Positions 31,550-38,908 are shown, counted from the stretch's first letter. The stretch: 41,659 nt of DNA from a virus (IMGVR_UViG_3300032144_000026:1-41659); one strand, 5' to 3'. Notes: generated from the letters alone by a model not told the origin. Program-made: numbers and translations.

Positions 31550-32299
31550 TTAGTATTTAGCTGGTCCTTTGGGCTGGCTGTCTGCCGGAGCCTCAGAGGG
31601 GGGATCATACACCTTTTGGCAAATCTCGAGTGCCGCTGGGATACGCTTAAGGAGGCCCCCCAGCATGGAGCGGTCCACTACTCCCACATCGTTGAACAGC
31701 ACCTTGTACTGAGTCTTCTGGTCAGGGACCGTACTGACTTCAGTAACGACTGCCAGAGGGGGCGCGTTATAGAGCGCTGCGCATTTCTGCACGTACATCT
31801 GCCAGTTCTTCACACTGGTAACTGGCGGACGCAGGATTGCGATCTCGCAAGTAGCGATGTCCTCTGGACGGGTGGTGGCCGGGATTACAGCGAGGCTGCG
31901 GGTGTTCTTGCACGCCTTGCCGCGCTTGCCTTCTCCTTCACTTTTCCACTGGTTGGCCCAGCACTCTTTGCAGGTACTGCATTGAGGCTTGGCACTGGCC
32001 GGATGCGGGGCCATGTCGTCGCCCCCGTCCACGCTGTAGGCGAAGCAGACCGGGCTGGTCAGATTGCCTGGATCAAACTGGCCTTCATATAACGTATTGG
32101 CATGGACACTGGCTACGACAATAACGTTCAGTTTGTTGCCGGGGCATGGGTTCCCGTCATAGGTCAGCACCCCGGCCCGCGTGCCGATCGTACTGCCCAT
32201 CGGCCGCTCTATCGTGGAGGCAGCTTTCGCCAATCTGGCGAGCTCCTCGTCATAGTTGATTAGCTCTTTGGATTCTTCCTCTTCGCGCTTGGTAGTCAT
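31550..32299 (-). CDS. Hypothetical protein with a Cys-rich zinc-type motif; possible ssDNA-binding or annealing protein (positional guess)
   Basis: 249 aa, with QCSTCKECWANQW...GKACKN. It sits directly upstream of the DNA polymerase gene. Confidence 0.8.
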   Translation of the reverse strand: MTTKREEEESKELINYDEELARLAKAASTIERPMGSTIGTRAGVLTYDGNPCPGNKLNVIVVASVHANTLYEGQFDPGNLTSPVCFAYSVDGGDDMAPHPASAKPQCSTCKECWANQWKSEGEGKRGKACKNTRSLAVIPATTRPEDIATCEIAILRPPVTSVKNWQMYVQKCAALYNAPPLAVVTEVSTVPDQKTQYKVLFNDVGVVDRSMLGGLLKRIPAALEICQKVYDPPSEAPADSQPKGPAKY

Positions 32300-32309
32300 A
32301 TCTCAGCTC

Positions 32310-32444
32310 TCAGACTTGATGCAGCAGATTAATGATCCACAGTTTGATCCCGACCCACAGATCCTTCAAGGTCGCGTACTTATTCCCTAAGCGGAATCCA
32401 ACGTAGAAGCCGACACCCATCAGTATTAAAATCAGTAAGGTCAT
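32310..32444 (-). CDS. 44-aa membrane mini-protein
   Basis: MTLLILILMGVGFYVGFRLGNKYATLKDLWVGIKLWIINLLHQV. AGGAG lies 7 nt upstream. Below the ORF-track size cutoff. Confidence 0.5.
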   Translation of the reverse strand: MTLLILILMGVGFYVGFRLGNKYATLKDLWVGIKLWIINLLHQV

Positions 32445-32460
32445 TATAGTCTCCTAAGTA

Positions 32461-32480
32461 GGGGGCGGTCGCCCGCCCCC
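32461..32480 (-). other. All-GC 8-bp hairpin between the vWA gene and the mini-ORF
   Basis: gggggcgg tcgc ccgccccc with no U-tract. It may be an RNA stabiliser or attenuator. Confidence 0.6.
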
Positions 32481-32490
32481 CGCTTTCGGT

Positions 32491-33090
32491 TTAGTCGGCA
32501 ATGGCCGCAAGGATGAGGTCTGCGGTGGTAGCGAAGGCTTCCGCCTCTTCTACAGTTTTAACATCGACGATGTCAAACTTCGCCCCCTTGAGGTCATCGT
32601 CCAGGGACTTCAGATACGCGGTGGCATCTTTGTCGCTGCCGACTTGGACGAACAGGATGGTAAGGTCTTCGTCCTTTTCCATGGCCTGAGTGGCGTTGAT
32701 GATGACTTGGGCGGCAGCCGCCTTGTCATCTGGGACGCCATCGGTGAGGACCAGGATGAAGTCCTTTTTGTCGCTACGACCAGCTTGCTCCAGGCTGGCG
32801 GTGAGCGCCTCTGCAAGCGGGGTAGAGCCGCGTGGTGAACGGGTGGCGAACACATCCTTGACCTTATCGGCGGTTACGCCGGTATAGCCGCTGACGTTGG
32901 CGCCGCTGAAGAACAGGACGTCAATGCCGTCGCTGTCCAGTTGTTGCAGATCACGCGCAAATGCAGTGATGGTTTCCTGGGCATAGTCCCAACGGGATTT
33001 GCCCCCACGGCAGTCTTGCTCGCCCATGCTGCCCGATGCGTCGATGGCAACAATGAAGTCATACTCGGACAACGAAGATTTGTCAACCAT
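32491..33090 (-). CDS. von Willebrand factor A (vWA, TerY-like) domain protein
   Basis: MIDAS motif DASGSM, plus a downstream Thr and LVLTDGVPDD. 199 aa. Confidence 0.8.
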   Translation of the reverse strand: MVDKSSLSEYDFIVAIDASGSMGEQDCRGGKSRWDYAQETITAFARDLQQLDSDGIDVLFFSGANVSGYTGVTADKVKDVFATRSPRGSTPLAEALTASLEQAGRSDKKDFILVLTDGVPDDKAAAAQVIINATQAMEKDEDLTILFVQVGSDKDATAYLKSLDDDLKGAKFDIVDVKTVEEAEAFATTADLILAAIAD

Positions 33091-33142
33091 TTCGTGTAAC
33101 CTCTTAGTATGGAGTAACGCAAACCATTTGCGCTACAGTGGT

Positions 33143-33172
33143 ACTATAGCCCCGTAGGGGGCATCCCTACAA
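33143..33172 (-). promoter_or_regulatory. Candidate promoter TTGTAG-N18-TATAGT
   Basis: The reverse complement reads ttgtag ggatgccccctacggggc tatagt. The spacer contains the hairpin gcccc-gtag-ggggc (33149..33162). Confidence 0.45.
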
Positions 33173-33186
33173 GGGTACTACCATAT

Positions 33187-33840
33187 TTATTTTTGCATCA
33201 TCCAAAAGACCAGCAGCGTGCGCACTCCATGACGAACCTCGGCACCACGATGGTGAACATGGCGTCCGTTGAAGAAGAGTGCGTGTCCCTTAGGCAATGC
33301 CTCCACGAACACGGTCTCCCCCGCTGGCCCATAGGGGCGAAGATACGTCCCCCCTCCAGTGTGGTGCTCGGGGCCGAGGCTAACGACGCAGGTAAGGTCG
33401 CTTTGCTCGTCTACGTGCCAATCGCTTTTTGCGGTGGCACTCGGTTTGTAGCGCGCCAGCTGAATAGAGCTAACCCGTCCAGGGGTATGACCAGTCATCA
33501 TCTGGAACAGAGGCTCAATACGCTCCTCCATGATACGCATAAGCTCTACAAACGTGCCCTTATCGTGGTACGCCAGCACCAACTCTTCCACTTGATACGC
33601 CCTTTCCTCCTCTTGGTTCACTTGGAACTGGTCCTTGAAGAACTCGGCATAGCTGATCAGTGTTTCGCACTCCTGCTCGTCCAGCACGGGGGCGCTGAAG
33701 ATCATAGGACCATGCTTCTTGATGGGGATATCATCCAGACTATGCAGCTTCCAGATGAGGGGGGCCTTCTCGTAGCCCTTCTCGTTGCAGTCCATGATCG
33801 CGCACTTCATGCGTCCTGCGTACATTTGCAGCGGGTTCAC
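33187..33840 (-). CDS. 2OG-Fe(II) oxygenase, prolyl-4-hydroxylase-like
   Basis: HxD in WHVDEQSD, a distal His and Arg in HVHHRGAEVRHGVRTLLVFW. GTGA coupling to the upstream gene. Confidence 0.75.
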   Translation of the reverse strand: MNPLQMYAGRMKCAIMDCNEKGYEKAPLIWKLHSLDDIPIKKHGPMIFSAPVLDEQECETLISYAEFFKDQFQVNQEEERAYQVEELVLAYHDKGTFVELMRIMEERIEPLFQMMTGHTPGRVSSIQLARYKPSATAKSDWHVDEQSDLTCVVSLGPEHHTGGGTYLRPYGPAGETVFVEALPKGHALFFNGRHVHHRGAEVRHGVRTLLVFWMMQK

Positions 33841-34070
33841 GCTTCACCCCTTTGAATCTTACGCACGAATTCTTCGATCTCGTCGCGGTAGCTGTTAAGG
33901 ACGGCTACCCCCTCTTCCTCTGGCAGCCCCGCTACCTCGTGCAGCAGGTTCAACAAGCAGTTGCACCCCGCGTAAAACGACCTGACCATCTCCTGCCGCT
34001 GGACTGGCCCGGCGCCGGTGGGCATGACGGCCAGTTCAAATGCTTCCGCCTCTTGTGCTAGCGTGTTCAT
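33837..34070 (-). CDS. Hypothetical protein (77 aa)
   Basis: The start was refined to the ATG at 34070, 1 nt after the upstream stop. The longer ORF-track N-terminus overlaps the upstream gene. Confidence 0.65.
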   Translation of the reverse strand: MNTLAQEAEAFELAVMPTGAGPVQRQEMVRSFYAGCNCLLNLLHEVAGLPEEEGVAVLNSYRDEIEEFVRKIQRGEA

Positions 34071-34071
34071 A

Positions 34072-34488
34072 TTATGATTTCCTGTCAAACAAATCGTATA
34101 CGGTCTCCTTGCGCAGTCCCGGGACCGTAACGCCGACGTCTTCACGTTCGAAGATGGCACCATCGGCTAGTCGGAACTGTAGGAGGTCAATTGCACCTTC
34201 CTCAAGCATATACTGAACAAACTTCTCCTTGTCTTCAACCACATGGACCTCACGGTCACTGAGACCGGTAATCCGGTGATCAATGACCATGCCCTCAAAC
34301 TGCTGCTCCCTGAACACGGCGATCAGCCATGACTTCATGGCTGTCTCCTGTTCCTTTAGGGTATTGGCGACCTTATCGGCCGCCAACCTCTCCGCTTTCT
34401 TATTTCTCCAGGCTTGGATGACATTCTCTGCCATGTACCGGTCAGCATCCAAGGGGGAGACATTATGGATTATCGTATCAAAATCCAT
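34072..34488 (-). CDS. Hypothetical protein (138 aa)
   Basis: The start was refined to the ATG at 34488 (MDFDTIIHNV...), an 11-nt overlap with the upstream ORF. Confidence 0.7.
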   Translation of the reverse strand: MDFDTIIHNVSPLDADRYMAENVIQAWRNKKAERLAADKVANTLKEQETAMKSWLIAVFREQQFEGMVIDHRITGLSDREVHVVEDKEKFVQYMLEEGAIDLLQFRLADGAIFEREDVGVTVPGLRKETVYDLFDRKS

Positions 34489-34786
34489 CGTCGTCCACCT
34501 CTTGCATCGTCTTGGTAAACACCAAGTTCCCGCCGATATAGCTCCGCTCCCAAAGTAATGCCTGGAGCGTCCTACCAAGGATGGTCAATTCATGAAGAGT
34601 GGAAGCTTTCTCCGGGAACAGCAGTCCCCATGCATCACTGAGACTAAGGACCACGCACATTTTCCCCTTGTACTTGCGGAGGAATGGGCGCAGGTCAGCC
34701 TCTTTCATCAGGGGCATGACTTTCTCGGTAAAGGACTTGTCCTCCAGGGGGGAGATCTTGAAACGGAGACGTTCAACGGTGAACAT
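34478..34786 (-). CDS. Hypothetical protein (102 aa)
   Basis: AGGAG lies 8 nt upstream of the ATG at 34786. Confidence 0.7.
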   Translation of the reverse strand: MFTVERLRFKISPLEDKSFTEKVMPLMKEADLRPFLRKYKGKMCVVLSLSDAWGLLFPEKASTLHELTILGRTLQALLWERSYIGGNLVFTKTMQEVDDDGF

Positions 34787-34802
34787 GGTGTTACTCCTGT
34801 GT

Positions 34803-34825
34803 GGGGGCGCCGGGTAGACGCCCCC
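34803..34825 (-). other. Intercistronic GC-clamp hairpin
   Basis: gggggcg ccgggtaga cgccccc. Confidence 0.55.
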
Positions 34826-34832
34826 TTATCTG

Positions 34833-35195
34833 TTACGGCATGAAAATGCTTGGGGTTGCATCTCCGCCGCCGAATTTTTGGACCGCCGCCATCATCAGGC
34901 CGGCGATTTGCATTGGTGTATCGTGATCCAGCTCATTGAGCAAGGTCAGCGCCAGCAGTTCCGGAGTGGCGCGACCGGCGCCCCCGAGGTAGCTGATGGT
35001 GCTGGAGCTATTGCCGCTCTCGGTTTGGTCCATGAAGAACCGCATGTAGAACGGAAGCCCCATCTTTTTGCAGAGCTCTTCTACTTGTTCCAGCATTGGG
35101 AATACCTTTTCCCGGAACTCATCTTCCAAGTGGAATTCTTCCGGACGGGCATTGATCCATTCCTCGGTGCTGAACTCTTTGTCATCATTTTCCAT
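34833..35195 (-). CDS. Hypothetical acidic protein (120 aa; alternative GTG start at 35207)
   Basis: AGGTGG lies 8 nt upstream of the ATG at 35195. Confidence 0.7.
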   Translation of the reverse strand: MENDDKEFSTEEWINARPEEFHLEDEFREKVFPMLEQVEELCKKMGLPFYMRFFMDQTESGNSSSTISYLGGAGRATPELLALTLLNELDHDTPMQIAGLMMAAVQKFGGGDATPSIFMP

Positions 35196-35212
35196 TTGCG
35201 TGTCCACCTATG

Positions 35213-35587
35213 TTAATATGGGATACCATCTGCGTCGGTGTTGGGGGCTGGGATATACTCCCCCTCTACAGGCGCTGGTTTAGGCGAATCTAACAGCAAC
35301 ATCGATTTGCGGATAGCAGCGATCTGTGTCATGGTCTCGCTGTAGACCCGCATGGCCTCATTTTCCTTATGAGTCAACGTCTCCATGGCCATCTGGTACA
35401 GGTCAATGCCCCCTGGAACGCTGGCACTGAGTGCAACCTTCTGTACTAAGATGGCGGAATTGCTCCAGTGATAATGCCCGTCCTTTAACTCGTATTTGAA
35501 TGGGAACTCGCCTGGCTCTGGGTTGCTCTTGGGCACTGCCCAAATGCTCCCCTCTGCCACAACGAGCTCCGGCTTGGTCTTTATCAC
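35213..35587 (-). CDS. Hypothetical protein (124 aa), first gene of the leftward block
   Basis: AAGGAGG lies 5 nt upstream of the GTG at 35587. The ORF-track N-terminal extension would run through the promoter region. Confidence 0.65.
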   Translation of the reverse strand: MIKTKPELVVAEGSIWAVPKSNPEPGEFPFKYELKDGHYHWSNSAILVQKVALSASVPGGIDLYQMAMETLTHKENEAMRVYSETMTQIAAIRKSMLLLDSPKPAPVEGEYIPAPNTDADGIPY

Positions 35588-35622
35588 TTTAACCTCCTTG
35601 GTGCTTGCTGTATTGCACCTAT

Positions 35623-35652
35623 ATAGTAGCCTAAACGGTGCCACCAGTACAA
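35623..35652 (-). promoter_or_regulatory. Candidate leftward promoter TTGTAC-N18-TACTAT
   Basis: The reverse complement reads ttgtac tggtggcaccgtttaggc tactat, in the divergent intergenic region. Confidence 0.45.
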
Positions 35653-35661
35653 CTAATTTGC

Positions 35662-35690
35662 TTGTTCTAGAGCGGGCCTTGGGCTACTAT
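35662..35690 (+). promoter_or_regulatory. Candidate rightward promoter TTGTTC-N17-TACTAT, overlapping the palindrome TACTATAGTA
   Basis: ttgttc tagagcgggccttgggc tactat. It is back-to-back with the leftward promoter. Confidence 0.4.
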
Positions 35691-35726
35691 AGTACCACCA
35701 CCAACCGCCACTATATAGGTGCGCAC

Positions 35727-36068
35727 ATGCAAGTAGAACTGATCCTTGATCCAAACGACCACTACTGCAAGCTCGGTGATGGCTGGCAGTTCAAAGTCAT
35801 TGAAGCGCTTGGCATTTTGCCCGAATTCTTGGGGGGCGCTGGGGCACAGATCGCTGACAATATGGAGCGGAACTACCAATTCTTCAGCCACTGGTCCACC
35901 GGGCAGGGGGCTGAGGTCCGTGGTGGCTGCTTCTGCTATCCGGGGGATCCAGAACAGCACCCCCTGCTGACAGCCACCCATGACAACGAAACAATCTACT
36001 TCTACCCATGCTGCATCGTGGCGCAGGTGGTTGATGGCAAGCTGGTCAAATGGACTCGGATGGACTAA
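35727..36068 (+). CDS. Hypothetical early protein (113 aa)
   Basis: AGGTG lies 5 nt upstream of the ATG at 35727. The ORF-track start at 35496 would span the promoter region. Confidence 0.7.
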   Translation: MQVELILDPNDHYCKLGDGWQFKVIEALGILPEFLGGAGAQIADNMERNYQFFSHWSTGQGAEVRGGCFCYPGDPEQHPLLTATHDNETIYFYPCCIVAQVVDGKLVKWTRMD

Positions 36069-36069
36069 C

Positions 36070-36315
36070 ATGGAACTACACGCCCGGCAGGAAACGTTGA
36101 AAAAGGAACTGGAAGCTCTGCGTTACCGTTTACCGGAGTGTACCACGTTAGAAGAGTATGACCTAATCCATTTGCAGATCGCCTTCTACAAAGATCTGCT
36201 GCAGAAATACAATCCAGTGCCACGCTATAAGGAGAATCGTGTCAATGAGCCGGAGAGAAACGCAGGCCCAGTTGGACCTTCGCTTAGCCGCCGAAGAGGA
36301 GTTACTTCGTATTAA
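36070..36315 (+). CDS. Hypothetical coiled-coil protein (81 aa)
   Basis: The ATG is 1 nt after the upstream stop. The 3' end overlaps the next ORF by 71 nt. Confidence 0.55.
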   Translation: MELHARQETLKKELEALRYRLPECTTLEEYDLIHLQIAFYKDLLQKYNPVPRYKENRVNEPERNAGPVGPSLSRRRGVTSY

Positions 36316-36448
36316 GCAGGAGCGGCAGGCGCAGTGCGGACACTGGCATTGTCACCCCACAGAGTGGTGGTGGTCAAATGGCAAAATCCGCACCCTGCGC
36401 TGCGACGAATGCGAAGCCGAGCAATACTTTGAGGAGTTTGCGCCATGA
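36245..36448 (+). CDS. Hypothetical Cys/Trp-rich protein (67 aa)
   Basis: AAGGAG lies 9 nt upstream. The Cys/His pattern is CGHWHC...CDEC. Confidence 0.6.
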   Translation: MSRRETQAQLDLRLAAEEELLRIKQERQAQCGHWHCHPTEWWWSNGKIRTLRCDECEAEQYFEEFAP

Positions 36449-36831
36449 TCTACAAGGTGACGTTCTTCCTACACTGTCAAGGTATGGACTTCCCGGACAA
36501 GCGTGACTTTGGGGAGGTGGATGCAATGAGCCCAGAGGATGCTATCCAAAAGATCCTTGACGCCAGCTTCCTGAACGCCACCCCCAGCGACCGGGAGTAT
36601 ATCAGGGGGTGCCTGTCCGCAAGGGTGGTGCGCCCCTTTCCCCGCAGCCACGCACCGAGGACTGATGATGTTGTTCTAGTGCGCAAGGCGGACATCCCCA
36701 AGATGGCCCGCATTCTAAGTGACCGCGCATGCGGCGACGCCACCAAACAGTACAGGGACGAGTACTGGGGAGAGTACTGTAAGGACTACATCAACGATGT
36801 CCGTGTCATGTTAGGATTACCAGAGGAGTAA
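36445..36831 (+). CDS. Hypothetical protein (128 aa)
   Basis: ATGA overlap with the upstream gene. Confidence 0.7.
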   Translation: MIYKVTFFLHCQGMDFPDKRDFGEVDAMSPEDAIQKILDASFLNATPSDREYIRGCLSARVVRPFPRSHAPRTDDVVLVRKADIPKMARILSDRACGDATKQYRDEYWGEYCKDYINDVRVMLGLPEE

Positions 36832-36835
36832 TGCT

Positions 36836-37480
36836 ATGGGACAATCATTTGAAGACTGGTTCAACGGAAAGCAGGAAGAAAAGCCTGAGGTCAAGGAACC
36901 TGAGAAGTTCTACGACTACGATGATGAGTTGCCGCACGATGTTGACTTCGGTGACACGCCCGGCACCTACATCTTCCGTTGCCGTGGCTGCGACAAGTGG
37001 AAGCCAATGGACTGGGAACTCAGCGAGGATAGCTTTGAAAGTCACTGGTGCGGGGGCTCGCCGTACTGCTGCCCTCTCGTGCCTACGCCTGTCTGGTCCA
37101 AGCACAAACGGATGATGGCTCGTCCTGCTCAGCCCCCGGCTGCACCACCAATGCCACCTGTCAAGAGGGGGGTACCCAAGCCGTCGCCTGCAACGCACTT
37201 CCAATGCGTCGGCTGCCATCAGTGGTACCCTGTCAAGAATGCTCACCGCTTGCCCGATGGGCGCATGATCTGCGGGAGCTACGGCTGCGTCCCTACTCCT
37301 GCAACCGTCAAGGATCCGCACCTGCGCTGTGGTGGCTGTGGAAAGGCGATCCCCCCATACGACTCTCCACCACACCATCTGACCGGAGAGGCGTTCTGCG
37401 GTGATAGGTACTGCAAAGATCGGCTGACGCATGAGTACATCATGAAACAGAGGCAGCCCAAGCCTCCCCGCGCAGGCTAG
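36836..37480 (+). CDS. Protein with three zinc-ribbon-like modules (214 aa)
   Basis: Three modules: FRCRGCDKW...HWCGGSPYCC, FQCVGCHQW...MICGSYGC and LRCGGCGKA...AFCGDRYC. Confidence 0.75.
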   Translation: MGQSFEDWFNGKQEEKPEVKEPEKFYDYDDELPHDVDFGDTPGTYIFRCRGCDKWKPMDWELSEDSFESHWCGGSPYCCPLVPTPVWSKHKRMMARPAQPPAAPPMPPVKRGVPKPSPATHFQCVGCHQWYPVKNAHRLPDGRMICGSYGCVPTPATVKDPHLRCGGCGKAIPPYDSPPHHLTGEAFCGDRYCKDRLTHEYIMKQRQPKPPRAG

Positions 37481-37510
37481 TTGCAAAGAGTTGCGGTAAC
37501 ACTGTATACT
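37481..37510 (+). promoter_or_regulatory. Candidate promoter TTGCAA-N18-TATACT
   Basis: ttgcaa agagttgcggtaacactg tatact. It overlaps the 13-bp hairpin. Confidence 0.35.
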
Positions 37511-37524
37511 GGTGTTACCGCAAC
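37490..37524 (+). other. Perfect 13-bp stem-loop GTTGCGGTAACAC / GTGTTACCGCAAC
   Basis: Arms at 37490..37502 and 37512..37524 with the 9-nt loop tgtatactg. There is no U-tract. Confidence 0.8.
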
Positions 37525-37542
37525 GCACCCAAGGTGAGCACC

Positions 37543-37701
37543 ATGCTGCACTTCATAGTTATCTGCATTATTCTTTACATAGTAGCACGAGTTCTCATCG
37601 GGGTTCTGTGTGCTTCAAATGAAATACTGGGCGAGAAGATCACTACGGGTCTTTACTACCTCGCCATCCTTGCATTCGCAATCTGGATCAAATTGCCATG
37701 A
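37543..37701 (+). CDS. 52-aa two-TM membrane mini-protein
   Basis: MLHFIVICIILYIVARVLIGVLCASNEILGEKITTGLYYLAILAFAIWIKLP. AAGGTGA lies 6 nt upstream. Below the ORF-track size cutoff. Confidence 0.55.
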   Translation: MLHFIVICIILYIVARVLIGVLCASNEILGEKITTGLYYLAILAFAIWIKLP

Positions 37702-37853
37702 AACTCTACCGCATCACCTTCAAAGATGGGGACTTCAACCACAGTACCACGTTCACGGCCACCAGCCGCGAGGAAGCCATCAAGCAATTCCACTCTTGGG
37801 CCGACGGCCTCAAGGTAGACCTGACGTTCGTAGCATGTGTAGAGGTTAAGTGA
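37698..37853 (+). CDS. 51-aa hypothetical protein
   Basis: MKLYRITFKDGDFNHSTTFTATSREEAIKQFHSWADGLKVDLTFVACVEVK. It has an ATGA overlap upstream and a TGATG overlap downstream. The N-terminus resembles that of 36445..36831 (MIYKVTF...SPEDAIQKI). Confidence 0.5.
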   Translation: MKLYRITFKDGDFNHSTTFTATSREEAIKQFHSWADGLKVDLTFVACVEVK

Positions 37854-38086
37854 TGTACGATTACCTAACTCGGGAAGATAATCCCTTCCCGCCAGCGGCC
37901 GAGCACTCCGCCCCCAAGGTCTTGTGCCGCTACTCCTATCAGGGGGCGTGCTACGCGGACATCGGGGACTGGCGCGTAGACATGATCAACAATAACGGTA
38001 TCACAGCTGTAGTGTGTCGCAACCAGAGGAATCTGGTGAACAACCACACTATCTACTACGATGATGGTACAGTCAAAGTGGAGTAG
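37853..38086 (+). CDS. Hypothetical protein (77 aa)
   Basis: The ATG overlaps the upstream TGA. Confidence 0.65.
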   Translation: MYDYLTREDNPFPPAAEHSAPKVLCRYSYQGACYADIGDWRVDMINNNGITAVVCRNQRNLVNNHTIYYDDGTVKVE

Positions 38087-38089
38087 CCA

Positions 38090-38296
38090 ATGTGTGACCA
38101 TGAAAAGACAATTGAGGAGGATTTTGGGTACTATGACATGGACGGCGATTGGGTTCCGGATATTAGGCTGGTCACTGTGGGTACTTGGAGTGACATCGAC
38201 CTCCATAGGTTTCGTTGTACTCAGTGTGGCCTTGTACGATATTACAGTGAACGGGCTAGACGCTACTACGAAGACGGTGAGGGTGAACTGCCATGA
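38090..38296 (+). CDS. Hypothetical protein (68 aa)
   Basis: ORF with ATGA coupling to the next gene. It contains a CTQC pair. Confidence 0.65.
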   Translation: MCDHEKTIEEDFGYYDMDGDWVPDIRLVTVGTWSDIDLHRFRCTQCGLVRYYSERARRYYEDGEGELP

Positions 38297-38628
38297 GTAT
38301 CTGCACGCCGAAATTTGCAATTGGGGAAGTAGTCCTCGTCCAGTGCGTGAACTTCACGAAATACAATGGCGAGCACACGGTCAGGGAGGTCCTGCAGCGG
38401 GGGTCTATATATTTTGACCGCCTCGCAGGCAAGAATCTCCGGACCATCCCCCATGATGGGACAGTTCATAAGGCCAGCAAGTTCGGGTACGTAATGGAAG
38501 CTATACTACCTGATACGGATACGGATGGCTTGGAAGTTATCTACGATGAGTCATGTCTGCGCAAGAAGCATCAGCCGGGAGAGCTCTCCTGGGAGGAGTT
38601 GGTCAATGAACGCGAGTCAGTTACCTAG
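38293..38628 (+). CDS. Hypothetical protein, paralogue 1 (LRKKHQP family)
   Basis: KFAIGEVVLVQCVNFTKYNGEHTVREVLQRG...ESCLRKKHQPGELSWEEL aligns with the next ORF. Confidence 0.7.
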   Translation: MSICTPKFAIGEVVLVQCVNFTKYNGEHTVREVLQRGSIYFDRLAGKNLRTIPHDGTVHKASKFGYVMEAILPDTDTDGLEVIYDESCLRKKHQPGELSWEELVNERESVT

Positions 38629-38908
38629 GTACAAGGTTGGGGAAACGGTTATCGTGGTCAGCAGTAAGTACCCGCACTTCAATGGCGAGTACCGGGTGCG
38701 TGCTATTCTGCGCCACGGAGACAAGTACCTTGACAGGATAACCAAAATCCCCACAACCATCAAACTGACCAACGCGCCTCATTGTTATCAGCTCCATGAT
38801 GTACTGATGAATAACTCGGGGCAGGAGTTTATCATCACAGAGCAGTTACTGAGAAAGAAACACCAACCCGCGACCATGTCCTTTCGTGAGATCATGGCCC
38901 GCGCATAG
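38606..38908 (+). CDS. Hypothetical protein, paralogue 2 (LRKKHQP family)
   Basis: RYKVGETVIVVSSKYPHFNGEYRVRAILRHG...EQLLRKKHQPATMSFREI. GGAGGAG lies 8 nt upstream of the ATG at 38606. Confidence 0.7.
   Translation: MNASQLPRYKVGETVIVVSSKYPHFNGEYRVRAILRHGDKYLDRITKIPTTIKLTNAPHCYQLHDVLMNNSGQEFIITEQLLRKKHQPATMSFREIMARA

Noticed and set aside
37610-37849. The 79-aa ORF-track entry on the plus strand.
   Set aside because: It has no RBS and an Arg/Ser/Pro/His-rich shadow-like composition. Two shorter ORFs in other frames (37543..37701 and 37698..37853) have an RBS and start/stop coupling and explain the region better.
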